Origin: an uncultured Candidatus Saccharibacteria bacterium
GTDB taxonomy: Bacteria; Patescibacteriota; CALEFQ01
Length of the DNA: 34,735 nt
Direction: 5' to 3'
Assembly: GCA_964391305.1 (NCBI GenBank)
Contig: CAYMJO010000004.1
Location: 1-34,735 of the forward strand
Position 1 is the stretch's first letter, and the number at the start of each line of letters is the position of its first letter. Under the pieces are notes generated by a model. That model was not told where the DNA came from. It did not search any database and was given only the letters and a program-made list of their open reading frames with translations. A program made the position numbers and the translations under genes. Of this stretch, positions 16,593 to 25,980 are shown piece by piece.

Positions 16593-17981
16593 ATGCCTAG
16601 AAAAAAAACAAAACCAATCTTGTCGAAAAAGCCTGTGAAGAGAAGACGGGAGAAGATTCAACGTCCGCGAGGAATGAAGGATCTTTTGCCCGCGGATTTC
16701 GTATATGTTGATTTTATAAAAAGCATTGCGGATAGCACGCTTAGAACTTACAGTTTCCGGCGTATGGATACTCCAATCGCTGAAAGCGTCGATTTGTTCG
16801 TGAGGGCTATTGGAGAAGATACCGATATCGTTGAAAAGGAGATGTTCGTTTTGAAAGGAAGAAGTAGAGAGGAGAAGCTTGCGCTTCGTCCGGAATTTAC
16901 GGCCGGCGTCTGCCGCGCGTACATAGAAAACGGAATGGCCTCAATGCCTCAACCGTTGAAATTATTTTCTTGGGGACCTATTTTTAGAGGAGAGCGGCCG
17001 CAATCTGGGCGCTATAGGCAGTTCAACCAGATAAATTTTGAAATTATCGGGGGATCCAAGCCAGCGCTTGACGCGCAAACGATCCAGATTGCGTGGCGTA
17101 TTCTAGAGAGACTTGGTCTTAAAAATTTAGTTGTACAGATAAACAGTATTGGCTGCGAGGAATGTCGTCCGGTTTATCGCCAAATGCTCATTGATTACTA
17201 TAAGCCGAATGTAAACAAGCTTTGTGCCGATTGCAAGAGGCGTATCAAGAAGAACCCTCTGCGTCTCTTGGACTGCAAAGAAGAGAAATGTCAGCGAGTT
17301 GCGAGCAATGCTCCGCAGATGTTTGATAATTTATGCGAGGATTGCCACGATCATTTTAAATTGGTACTAGAGCTTTTGGATGAGTTGGACATACCGTATA
17401 TGTTGAATTCAAGCTTGGTGCGCGGTTTGGATTATTATACAAAGACGGTTTTTGAAATACGGAGGGAAGAAGATATCAATCATTCGGGGTCCCAGTTGTC
17501 TCTGTGCGGAGGTGGAAGATATGATGGCTTGATTGAGCTCTTGGGAGGATCTCCCACTCCGGCCGTTGGAGTTGCAATAGGCGTTGAGCGTATTATTTTG
17601 GAAATGAAAGAGAAAAAAATTGTGCCGCCAGAATTTCCAAAACCAAGGGTATTTCTGGCACAACTTGGTGAGCTTGCGAAGAGAGAGGGTTTCAAGATAT
17701 TTGAGCGGCTTTATCTTGCCGATATTGATGTTGTTGAATCTTTTGGTCGTGACAGCCTGAAATCACAGCTCAAGCAGGCGGAAAAACAGAAAGTTCAATT
17801 GACTCTTATTCTGGGTCAAAAGGAAGCGGTTGATGGGAATATTTTGATTAGGGATATGGGCACGGGAATACAAGAGGTTACTTCACAGGAAAAGATGATA
17901 GGCGACATTAAAGAGAGGCTTAAAGCCAAGGAAGATGAGAGGAACGACAAGATTAAAATGGCTAAGAAGAAAACCAAATAG
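16593..17981 (+). CDS. hisS: histidyl-tRNA synthetase
   Basis: RPRGMKD, LRPEFTA, ERPQSGRYRQFNQ, LVRGLDYY, GGGRYDGL, GVERI. Confidence 0.97.
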   Translation: MPRKKTKPILSKKPVKRRREKIQRPRGMKDLLPADFVYVDFIKSIADSTLRTYSFRRMDTPIAESVDLFVRAIGEDTDIVEKEMFVLKGRSREEKLALRPEFTAGVCRAYIENGMASMPQPLKLFSWGPIFRGERPQSGRYRQFNQINFEIIGGSKPALDAQTIQIAWRILERLGLKNLVVQINSIGCEECRPVYRQMLIDYYKPNVNKLCADCKRRIKKNPLRLLDCKEEKCQRVASNAPQMFDNLCEDCHDHFKLVLELLDELDIPYMLNSSLVRGLDYYTKTVFEIRREEDINHSGSQLSLCGGGRYDGLIELLGGSPTPAVGVAIGVERIILEMKEKKIVPPEFPKPRVFLAQLGELAKREGFKIFERLYLADIDVVESFGRDSLKSQLKQAEKQKVQLTLILGQKEAVDGNILIRDMGTGIQEVTSQEKMIGDIKERLKAKEDERNDKIKMAKKKTK

Positions 17982-18126
17982 TATATTTGTGACCGGAAAG
18001 AAAGACGGCTATGATTTTTTCTCTAGTTTTTTGCTTTTATGGCTCGGTACGAACGGTTTTAGCGTGGATTAGTAATAATATTCCAATAGTTCAATTTATT
18101 CTAAATGTTCTAGTAGAAACATTTAT

Positions 18127-19365
18127 ATGGTTTTTTCTTTTAAAACAATCGGTTGTCGCCTGAATCAGGCGGAAACGGAGGAGATTGCGGAAAAGTTTGG
18201 AAATGCCGGGTATAAAATCGCTGACCATAGAAGCAACAGCGATGTTTTTATAATAAATACATGTTCGGTGACTCATTCGGCTGATCGAAAAACGTATCAA
18301 GCGATTCGCGCTTTTAGGAACCGCAATCCCAAGAGCTTCGTCGTTGCAATTGGCTGCGGCGCAAAATTAAATGAAGCGGAAGCCGATATGATCGTAGAAA
18401 ATTTTCAAAAGGAAAAAATTTTTGAAATTGTCTTAAAGAATGGGACATTAAGAAGCACTGGACACCAAACTTCTAATAGAAGGGAATCATCTTTTTGCGG
18501 TCCGAAAAATTTTCAAAGGACGCGAAAACTTATCAAGATCCAAGATGGCTGTGATGATTTTTGCACGTATTGCATTGTCCCGTACTTGCGTGGAAAGCCT
18601 AGAAGCATTCCGATTAAAAAGATTTTACAAAAGATTGGCGATAAGGTTCAAAATGGATGTAAAGAGGTGATTCTAACTGGCGTTAATATTGGAACATATA
18701 AAGATAATCGAACGGATTTACATGGTTTGACCAAAAAAATTTTACAAAGAACAAAGGTTCAAAGAATTAGATTCAGTTCAATCGAGCCCCAGCATTTTGA
18801 TAAAAAACTTTTAATTTTTTTTAAAAATAAAAGAGTCTGTGAGTTTTTGCATCTTCCGATTCAAAGCGGTTCTAATAAAATTTTGAAATTGATGGGGAGA
18901 AAATACAAAGTTTCCGATATTCTGGATTTAACCTCAATAATTTTAAAAAAAGTTCCCGATATGTTTTTGTCGACTGATATTATAGTCGGGTTTCCGGGAG
19001 AAACCGAGAAAGATTTTGAAAAAACTTTTAATCTTTGTGAAAAAATAGGCTTTGCAAAAATACATGTATTCAGCTATTCTAAGAGAGAGGGAACGCTCGC
19101 TTCAAAAATATCTGAATGTGTTGAACCAAAGATTGTTTTAGACAGGAGGAACAGGCTTCAAGCGTTGAGTGCTAAACTTGATTTTGAATATAGGAAAAGG
19201 TTTTTGGGAAGGGAGTTGGCGGTTCTTTTTGAAAAAAAGAACGGAGGCTTGAGCGGCAACTATGTTCGGGTTTCTGTTCGTGGCAAAAAAAGATTATTAA
19301 ATCAAATTGTCCCCGTTAGAATTAAAGAGGTTGGTTTTAAGGAGACTATCGGGAAAGTCAATTAA
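18127..19365 (+). CDS. mtaB: tRNA methylthiotransferase, MtaB-like radical SAM enzyme
   Basis: GCRLNQAE, INTCSVT, KIQDGCDDFCTYCIVP, LHLPIQSGS, TDIIVGFPGET, KIHVFSYS. Confidence 0.88.
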   Translation: MVFSFKTIGCRLNQAETEEIAEKFGNAGYKIADHRSNSDVFIINTCSVTHSADRKTYQAIRAFRNRNPKSFVVAIGCGAKLNEAEADMIVENFQKEKIFEIVLKNGTLRSTGHQTSNRRESSFCGPKNFQRTRKLIKIQDGCDDFCTYCIVPYLRGKPRSIPIKKILQKIGDKVQNGCKEVILTGVNIGTYKDNRTDLHGLTKKILQRTKVQRIRFSSIEPQHFDKKLLIFFKNKRVCEFLHLPIQSGSNKILKLMGRKYKVSDILDLTSIILKKVPDMFLSTDIIVGFPGETEKDFEKTFNLCEKIGFAKIHVFSYSKREGTLASKISECVEPKIVLDRRNRLQALSAKLDFEYRKRFLGRELAVLFEKKNGGLSGNYVRVSVRGKKRLLNQIVPVRIKEVGFKETIGKVN

Positions 19366-19417
19366 GCTAGTTGATGGCGGATGGAGTCTTAAATAGCTTT
19401 GTTAACTTAATAAATTT

Positions 19418-19762
19418 ATGGCGGATTGTATTTTTTGTAACATTGTTGAGGGCAAATCTCCCGCGGATTTTGTTTACAAAGGAGACAGGGTTGTTGCTTT
19501 CAAGAACATTAATCCTGCCGCTCCCGTGCATATTCTCATTGTTCCCAAAAGACATATCGAGACAGTTACGGGATTAGAGGAACAGGACGGGAAAGCTGTT
19601 GCGGAAATGATTTTTGCAGTTAAGAAAATTGCAGAGGAGCAAAATGTTTCCGACACGGGCTTTAAACTTGTCATCAATAAAGGTGGACCGAATGTGGAGA
19701 TGATTATTAACCATCTTCACATGCATCTTGTCGGCGGCAAGAGGCTTCGTGGGGAGCTTTAG
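19418..19762 (+). CDS. histidine triad (HIT) nucleotide-binding protein
   Basis: DCIFC, PAAPVHILIVPKRH, HLHMHLVGG. Confidence 0.94.
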   Translation: MADCIFCNIVEGKSPADFVYKGDRVVAFKNINPAAPVHILIVPKRHIETVTGLEEQDGKAVAEMIFAVKKIAEEQNVSDTGFKLVINKGGPNVEMIINHLHMHLVGGKRLRGEL

Positions 19763-20054
19763 TCTATGGACGTATATGAATGTAATTGTTAATATGCGCA
19801 ATCTCTTTTTTTGCGGCAGGTTTTATGTATGTTCTCTTGATTGAACTCGCGTCATTTTCATTTGACCGAATCAATAATTTGTATTATATTAGTATCTGGA
19901 AGAGAGAGAATTTTTAATGCCTTTTTTGGAAAAGGAAGTTTTTAGTTAAGACGTGTTGAAGGGCTAAGAGTTATCTGTCTTGGTATTCTTGGGATAACGT
20001 TACATAAGCCATGTCGGATTTCTCTAGTTTTCAAAAGAAAGAGAGGTGTGTTTT

Positions 20055-20420
20055 ATGGCAGTCGAAGTAAAAAGAAAAGACAAAGAATCGATCGAAGGCA
20101 TGCTTCGCCGGTTCAACAAGAAACTGCTTCAAAGCGGTAATCTTTATCGTGCACGCAAAGTGCGGTTTTATGAGCGCAAAAAGAGCAAAAAGATAAGGCA
20201 GGAAGAGGCAATGCGCAAAGGCCGCATCACAAGACGCAGGGAATATTTGAAGAGAATGGGACTTATAGGTATGCGTAAATTTAGAAAAAGCCAGCAAAGG
20301 ATATTCCAGATGCGCAGGGCAAAGGCATTGGCTGAAAAGAATGAAAAGAGAAAGAAAACTCAAGAAGCTGGAACTTCTGGAAAAGTAAAAGCCTCGAAAT
20401 CTCCAAAGGGTGAAAAATAA
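20055..20420 (+). CDS. rpsU: 30S ribosomal protein S21 with basic C-terminal extension
   Basis: VEVKRKDKESIEGMLRRFNK, RFYERK; GAGGTG SD before ATG 20055; rpsU-yqeY synteny. Confidence 0.85.
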   Translation: MAVEVKRKDKESIEGMLRRFNKKLLQSGNLYRARKVRFYERKKSKKIRQEEAMRKGRITRRREYLKRMGLIGMRKFRKSQQRIFQMRRAKALAEKNEKRKKTQEAGTSGKVKASKSPKGEK

Positions 20421-20437
20421 TAAATTTTTTAAATTCT

Positions 20438-20890
20438 ATGTCCCTGAAGGAAAAGATAGAAAGTGATTTTAAAAAAGCCTTAAAAGAAAAAGATGGAAAA
20501 ACTCTTGATGTATTAAGAATGGTTAAAGCGTCTATGAGGAACAAAGAGATTGAAAACAAAGTGGATATCGATGAAAAAGGAGTATTGCAGGTAATTTCCA
20601 AGGAGGTTAAACAGAGAAATGATTCTATATCTCAATTTGAAAAAGGTGGAAGAAATGATCTTGTGTCAAAGGAAAAAAAGGAAGTAGAGGTATTGCAGAA
20701 ATATCTTCCCAAACAACTTTCCAAGGAAGAGATAGCTGAAATAGTTGATAAAACGATCTTGGATACCAAGGCGTCGGGCTTTAAAGACATAGGCAGAGTT
20801 ATGGGTAAAGTTATGTCCAAAGTTAAAGGCAGGGCTGATGGCACCTTGGTGCAAAACATTGTGAAGGAAAAATTATCTAAATTGAAATAG
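20438..20890 (+). CDS. GatB/YqeY domain protein
   Basis: KEVKQRNDSISQFEKGGRNDL, YLPKQLS, DIGRVMG, GRADG. Confidence 0.94.
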   Translation: MSLKEKIESDFKKALKEKDGKTLDVLRMVKASMRNKEIENKVDIDEKGVLQVISKEVKQRNDSISQFEKGGRNDLVSKEKKEVEVLQKYLPKQLSKEEIAEIVDKTILDTKASGFKDIGRVMGKVMSKVKGRADGTLVQNIVKEKLSKLK

Positions 20891-20943
20891 AATTAAAGCT
20901 TGTTCTTTGTCTAAATTTAGAAAAATTTTAACAAAATCGCCTT

Positions 20944-21384
20944 GTGGAGGAAAATATTCAAAAACGGAATACTGTGGTAAAAAAAGAAACGAGGATCGGT
21001 AATTCTAAGTATTTGTATGGAAATTTTAATAAAAAAAATGTACGCGATGAAGTTCTGATACCTGTTGGTCCTGGCCAAAGTCCAAAAATTAAAAGCAGGG
21101 TTAACTATAGATACGGAAAATGGAAAATTTGGCTTGTGCCGCTTATCGCAGTAGCGATTGCCGGACTTGCTTATTATATGTACATGAAAAATGATTTTGT
21201 TAATATAGGCAAAAATATTGAACAAAAAAATAGTTCAGACATGGATTTAGATGGACTAGCAGATGATATGGAAAAAAAATTAGGAACGGATCCAAACAAT
21301 AAAGATACCGACGGAGATGGTTATCAAGATGGTATGGAAGTCGAGGCAGGATACGATCCCAAAGAGCCAGCGAAAAAGTTTTAA
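20944..21384 (+). CDS. hypothetical single-pass membrane protein with a Ca-binding-like acidic repeat
   Basis: TM IWLVPLIAVAIAGLAYYMY; DMDLDGLADDMEKKLGTDPNNKDTDGDGYQDGMEV resembles bacterial TSP3-like repeats. Confidence 0.7.
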   Translation: MEENIQKRNTVVKKETRIGNSKYLYGNFNKKNVRDEVLIPVGPGQSPKIKSRVNYRYGKWKIWLVPLIAVAIAGLAYYMYMKNDFVNIGKNIEQKNSSDMDLDGLADDMEKKLGTDPNNKDTDGDGYQDGMEVEAGYDPKEPAKKF

Positions 21385-21392
21385 GTACCAAT

Positions 21393-21827
21393 ATGATAGA
21401 GGTTTCAATTACGAATCTTACAAATCAGCGTGCAGACGAGAGATTTTTAAATAAAGTCGTGAGAAATGTTTTTAAGAGGCTGAAAATTTTTGAAGATGCG
21501 GAAGTAAGTATAGTCATTACCGATAAGAAAAAAATGTCACAGCTGAACGAGGTTTATAAGAAGGAGAAAGGAAGCACCGATGTCTTGTCTTTTGAGATAG
21601 ATTCTAAAAATGGTGTGTGTACAATGGGAGAGATTGTGATATGCGTTGACGAAACAGAGCGGCAGATGGAGAGTAGTGGTCTGTCTCAAAAAGAAGTCAT
21701 GGGAAATTTGCTGATTCATGGACTACTGCATCTCTTTGGTTACAATCACGAAAACGTGCCTAGAAATAAGGGAAAATTAATGTTTAAAAAGCAGAAAGAA
21801 CTTTTTGAGGGTATCATATTAAATTGA
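21393..21827 (+). CDS. ybeY: rRNA maturation endoribonuclease YbeY
   Basis: TDVLSF, GEIVIC, HGLLHLFGYNH. Confidence 0.95.
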   Translation: MIEVSITNLTNQRADERFLNKVVRNVFKRLKIFEDAEVSIVITDKKKMSQLNEVYKKEKGSTDVLSFEIDSKNGVCTMGEIVICVDETERQMESSGLSQKEVMGNLLIHGLLHLFGYNHENVPRNKGKLMFKKQKELFEGIILN

Positions 21828-22210
21828 TGCAAAATAAAAAAGGACAAACGGGAATAGGAGAGAGTTTTCAGCTGGCTTTTAGAGGGTTCGGAATTGCACT
21901 GTCTTCTGAAAGGAATTTTCAAATACATTTAGTCTGTACTGCCGTGGTTGTAGCCTTGATTTTAATTCTTGGCACAAGCATTGTCGAAACAATGATCTTG
22001 GTTGTTGTGATATCCCTGATCCTGTCGATGGAGCTTATAAATACGTCCATGGAAAGATTGATAGATATTATAGAGCCCAGTATGAATTCCAAGATTAAAG
22101 AGGTGAAAGACATGTTGGCCTCTGCCGTTCTCGTATCCTCAATGGGGGCACTGATTATTGGTATATTTGTTTTTGTTCCTAAAATTTTTGAGATTCTGCG
22201 GGCATTTTGA
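21827..22210 (+). CDS. dgkA: prokaryotic diacylglycerol/undecaprenol kinase
   Basis: ERNFQIH, ELINTSMERLID, VKDMLASAVL, three TM segments; ybeY-dgkA synteny. Confidence 0.88.
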   Translation: MQNKKGQTGIGESFQLAFRGFGIALSSERNFQIHLVCTAVVVALILILGTSIVETMILVVVISLILSMELINTSMERLIDIIEPSMNSKIKEVKDMLASAVLVSSMGALIIGIFVFVPKIFEILRAF

Positions 22211-22237
22211 AAAAAATTGTTTGTGTAAACTTTTTAG

Positions 22238-22265
22238 TTGACATTATTTTTAATAGTTTTATAAT
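22238..22265 (+). promoter_or_regulatory. putative sigma70 promoter for ftsA
   Basis: TTGACA-16-TATAAT. Confidence 0.6.
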
Positions 22266-22356
22266 TAATCTTAGATTGATTCTATTTGAACAAATTTCAT
22301 AGATGTCATGAACATAAAAATTGTTCAATAGATTCATGTTCTGCGAAGTCAAATAC

Positions 22357-23601
22357 ATGGCTAGAGAAGAAATTATAGTTGGTCTAGATATTGGATCGAG
22401 CAATGTAAGAGTTATTGTTGGACAAAAAACCTCCGATGAAACGAAACCTCATATAATTGGAATTGGCATTGCCCCTTCGTCGGGCATGCGCAGGGGAGTC
22501 ATAGTTGATGTTGAGGAAGCGGTCGGAAGTATTTCTACCGCATTGGAGAAGGCCGAACGTGTCACAGGTATTCCAATCGAATCTGCGTTTGTTTCAATTA
22601 GTGGAGCACATATAGAATCGCAATTGAGTAAGGGCGTTATAGCTGTTTCTCGCGCGGATGGTGAGATAGGCGAAGATGATGTTTCGAGAGTAATTGAGGC
22701 GGCGCAGGCTATAACACTGCCGACCAACCATGAAATTTTACATGTTGTTCCAAAAACTTTTCTAGTGGATGATCAAGAGGGTATAAAGGATCCTGTTGGA
22801 ATGAGTGGTGTGCGTTTGGAGGTTGAAGCACATATTATTCAGGGCGCTTCTTCTTTCATAAAGAATCTTACGAAGTGTATATATCGCACTGGTGTTGATA
22901 TAGATGATTTGGTTTTGGCTCCTCTCGCCGCTGCGGAGGCGGTACTTACAAAACGACAGAAAGAACTCGGTGTCGTGTTGGTGGATATCGGCGCAGGCAC
23001 TACGGGAATGATTGCGTATGAGGAGGGAGACCTTCTCCATACCAAGATATTGCCTGTCGGTGCGGAACACATTACAAATGATATTGCAATAGGGCTTCGG
23101 ACGTCTGTTGATATTGCGGAAAAAATCAAGCTTGAATATGGGACCGCGCTCGCTACAAGCGTAGAGAAGAATGAGAAGATCGATTTGTCCAAAATTGATA
23201 AGAATGAGGAGCAGGTTGTTGACAGAGAGGAAATAGTTGAAATAATAGAAGCTCGGCTTTCGGAGATATTTTCGCTCGTTGACAAAGAGCTTAAAAAGAT
23301 TGGCAAAAGCGGGCAAATGCCTGCGGGTGTTGTTTTGACCGGCGGGGGTTCAAAAATGCCGGATATCGTTGATTTTGCTAAGGAAGATCTAAGACTTCCT
23401 ACGCAGATTGGCGTTCCTTCGGATATTCCCATCGCTGTGGATAAGGTTGATGATCCCGCGTTTGCTACATCTGTGGGTCTTGTGCTTTGGGGAGCAGAAA
23501 CAGAAATTAAATCCGGAAAGTTCAGCGTCGGCGGCATTCCCGATTCAGTCGGTGATACCGTGGACAAAATGAAAAAGTGGTTTAAAACATTTCTTCCCTG
23601 A
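22357..23601 (+). CDS. ftsA: cell division protein FtsA
   Basis: VGLDIGSS, PVGMSGVRLE, VDIGAGTT, VVLTGGGS, C-terminal amphipathic KMKKWFKTFLP; start taken at ATG 22357. Confidence 0.97.
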   Translation: MAREEIIVGLDIGSSNVRVIVGQKTSDETKPHIIGIGIAPSSGMRRGVIVDVEEAVGSISTALEKAERVTGIPIESAFVSISGAHIESQLSKGVIAVSRADGEIGEDDVSRVIEAAQAITLPTNHEILHVVPKTFLVDDQEGIKDPVGMSGVRLEVEAHIIQGASSFIKNLTKCIYRTGVDIDDLVLAPLAAAEAVLTKRQKELGVVLVDIGAGTTGMIAYEEGDLLHTKILPVGAEHITNDIAIGLRTSVDIAEKIKLEYGTALATSVEKNEKIDLSKIDKNEEQVVDREEIVEIIEARLSEIFSLVDKELKKIGKSGQMPAGVVLTGGGSKMPDIVDFAKEDLRLPTQIGVPSDIPIAVDKVDDPAFATSVGLVLWGAETEIKSGKFSVGGIPDSVGDTVDKMKKWFKTFLP

Positions 23602-23625
23602 TATTTGTTTCTTTTGTAAATTTTC

Positions 23626-23656
23626 ATTCCCCGGCACAAAACGCTGGGGAATTTTT
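23626..23656 (+). terminator. terminator-like hairpin between ftsA and ftsZ
   Basis: ATTCCCCGGC-loop-GCTGGGGAAT followed by TTTT. Confidence 0.55.
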
Positions 23657-23743
23657 GTAAAAATTCTTGAGTATCTCAAGCATTTTTATAAAAATTAACA
23701 GAGTATTCTCATAATAATTGAGATACCAAATAAAAAAAATTAC

Positions 23744-24937
23744 ATGGAAGTGAAACCAGAACTTGAAACATTTGCAAAAATAAAAGTAGTTGGCGCGGGA
23801 GGCGCCGGAGGAAACGCCATAACTAGAATGATGGAGCATCGTTTAAAGGGCATAGAGTTTATTGCTATTAATACAGATGCTCAAGCTTTGCATCACAATG
23901 ATGCTCCCAAGAAAGTCAACATAGGCCAGAATCTCACCAAGGGTTTGGGCACGGGCATGAATCCCGAAGTCGGTCGGAATGCGGCTGAAGAATCTCAGGA
24001 AGAGATCAAAAAAGTTCTCGATGGAGCAGATATGGTTTTTATAACTTGCGGACTTGGCGGAGGTACGGGAACTGGATCATCTCCGGTGATTGCCGATATC
24101 GCAAAGGAGATCGGCGCACTGACGGTTGGCGTTGTTACTAAGCCGTTCTCTTTTGAGGGCACACAGCGTCGCAAGATTGCAGAAGAAGGAATGGAAGAGC
24201 TCGAAAGTAAAGTTGATACGTTGATAACTATTCCGAATGATCGCTTGCTGCAAATCGTCGATCGCAAGACATCTCTTATTGAAGCTTTTAGTATTGTTGA
24301 CGATGTACTGCGTCAAGGTGTGCAGGGAATTTCCGATCTTATCACCGTTCCTGGTATTGTGAACGTTGACTTTGCGGATGTTCAGGCGGTCATGCAGAAC
24401 ACGGGATCTGCGCTTATGGGTATTGGGCAGGCGAACGGCGAAAATAGATCGGTCGAAGCGGCGAAGCGGGCTATTGAGAGTCCCTTGCTTGAGATGTCAA
24501 TCGATGGAGCGAGGGGCGTCCTCTTTAATGTCACCGCTGGACCTGATTTGAGCATGAATGAAATTGATGAGGCAGCAAAAGTTATTACCGAATCTGCGGA
24601 TCCGGACGCAAAAGTCATCTTTGGTGCCGTTGTGGATGAAGGAATGGAGAAGGGCGAGTTTAGAATAACCGTTGTTGCCACGGGTTTTGAGGAAAGTACT
24701 AAGTCTAAGAAAGTGGAGAAAAAAGAGAAACCGATCAGAACTCCATGGGGGACAACAATTGGGACGGGAAGCTCTACGAGTCCTTTTCAAAAAAAGGCGG
24801 TTGAGGCTGGAAAGAAATCCGCGAGATCATTTAGGTCGGAGAAGAAAGTAAAAGCTCCCGTAACCTCCATTGACAGTGGTGTCGAAAGTGAAGATGAGCT
24901 TGATATTCCGGCATTTATAAGAAGAAAGATGAAATAG
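23744..24937 (+). CDS. ftsZ: cell division protein FtsZ
   Basis: [24 protein letters not shown] tubulin signature, NVDFADV, C-terminal LDIPAFIR. Confidence 0.99.
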   Translation: MEVKPELETFAKIKVVGAGGAGGNAITRMMEHRLKGIEFIAINTDAQALHHNDAPKKVNIGQNLTKGLGTGMNPEVGRNAAEESQEEIKKVLDGADMVFITCGLGGGTGTGSSPVIADIAKEIGALTVGVVTKPFSFEGTQRRKIAEEGMEELESKVDTLITIPNDRLLQIVDRKTSLIEAFSIVDDVLRQGVQGISDLITVPGIVNVDFADVQAVMQNTGSALMGIGQANGENRSVEAAKRAIESPLLEMSIDGARGVLFNVTAGPDLSMNEIDEAAKVITESADPDAKVIFGAVVDEGMEKGEFRITVVATGFEESTKSKKVEKKEKPIRTPWGTTIGTGSSTSPFQKKAVEAGKKSARSFRSEKKVKAPVTSIDSGVESEDELDIPAFIRRKMK

Positions 24938-24956
24938 AGAATTTGAAAATATTTTT

Positions 24957-24985
24957 AAGCCCCCGTGGATCCACGGGGGCTTTTG
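24957..24985 (+). terminator. ftsZ terminator, 26-bp perfect palindrome
   Basis: AAGCCCCCGTGGATCCACGGGGGCTT running into a T-rich tract. Confidence 0.75.
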
Positions 24986-25300
24986 TAATTTGACATTTAT
25001 TTGGATTTTGGATTTTGAAATTTGAAATTCTAGCAAGTTATCCCCAACTTTTCTATTCCCACGAAATTTTCTATATGGTATATATAAAAATACAGAGAAT
25101 TTTTTTACGAAGTTAATTTTTTTAAAAAAGAATTTGAAAGTTGTTTTTGTCGGAAATTTATTTTTTTTAAATAAAAATTCACGAGTTGTCAATTAGATAG
25201 AAGTGTTGTCTAATTTTTTATAGAGAGCTAAAAAATTTGCCGACTTTTCCACAGTTTTGAAGCTTAATGTTACATATCCGATATAAAAAGTTGCAATTTT

Positions 25301-25393
25301 CATCTATATTTAGCGGATAAGCTTAAATTTGAAAAATCTTTATTGTTTTCTTATATAGTGTTACAATGTAATTGTTAGCACTATATATAGAAA
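25301..25393. promoter_or_regulatory. NrdR boxes upstream of nrdR-nrdD-nrdG
   Basis: catCTATATTTAGcgg (25301), ttttcttATATAGTGT (25346, right half only), gcaCTATATATAGaaa (25378) versus consensus acaCwAtATaTwGtgt; the last two are 32 bp apart, a typical spacing. Confidence 0.7.
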
Positions 25394-25417
25394 CAAAAAA
25401 GACAAATTGAGTCTTGT

Positions 25418-25426
25418 TGTGGATAA
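25418..25426 (-). promoter_or_regulatory. perfect DnaA box
   Basis: TGTGGATAA, reverse complement TTATCCACA. Confidence 0.6.
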
Positions 25427-25521
25427 ATAACTAGCTTTTTGGGAAATTTTGATTTCAGCTTGATATTTTTTTAGCTTCAAATTTAACACATTCAATCATT
25501 TAATCTTCAACATCCAAAACA

Positions 25522-25974
25522 ATGCGTTGTCCCGTTTGCGAGAACGAAAAATCAAAAGTTGTCGATTCCAGAGAAGTTGATAATGGAAGGGCGATGAGGA
25601 GAAGAAGAGAATGTTTGAAGTGCAACGCGCGTTTTAGCACATACGAACAGGTTGAAATTTTGGATCTTTCGGTGATCAAAAAAAACAATAGAATAGAGCC
25701 GTACAATCTGATGAAGATAGAGGATGGTATAAGATTAGCTTTCAAGAAGAGACCGATTGCGGATAAGGATATTCAAGCCATGCTGAATAACATTGAAAGG
25801 GAAATAGTGAAAGAAGTCGCGAATGGCAAGATCAGAACAGATAAGATAGGCGAGATAGTTTTGAAGGAAATAAAAAAATGGGATGAGGTCGCATATATTC
25901 GTTTTGCCTCTGTGTACAGATCTTTTGATAATCTAGAGGGGTTTAAAGAAGAATTAGACAAATTTAATAAATAA
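25522..25974 (+). CDS. nrdR: transcriptional repressor NrdR
   Basis: MRCPVC, VVDSR, RRRRECLKC, RFSTYE, ATP cone, DEVAYIRFASVY. Confidence 0.98.
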   Translation: MRCPVCENEKSKVVDSREVDNGRAMRRRRECLKCNARFSTYEQVEILDLSVIKKNNRIEPYNLMKIEDGIRLAFKKRPIADKDIQAMLNNIEREIVKEVANGKIRTDKIGEIVLKEIKKWDEVAYIRFASVYRSFDNLEGFKEELDKFNK

Positions 25975-25980
25975 AAAAAC

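Noticed and set aside
22762-23639. Long antisense ORFs (e.g. 266 aa opposite ftsA, and similar ones opposite rel, topA, mfd and LCP)
   Set aside because: Shadow frames of conserved genes with no recognisable motifs
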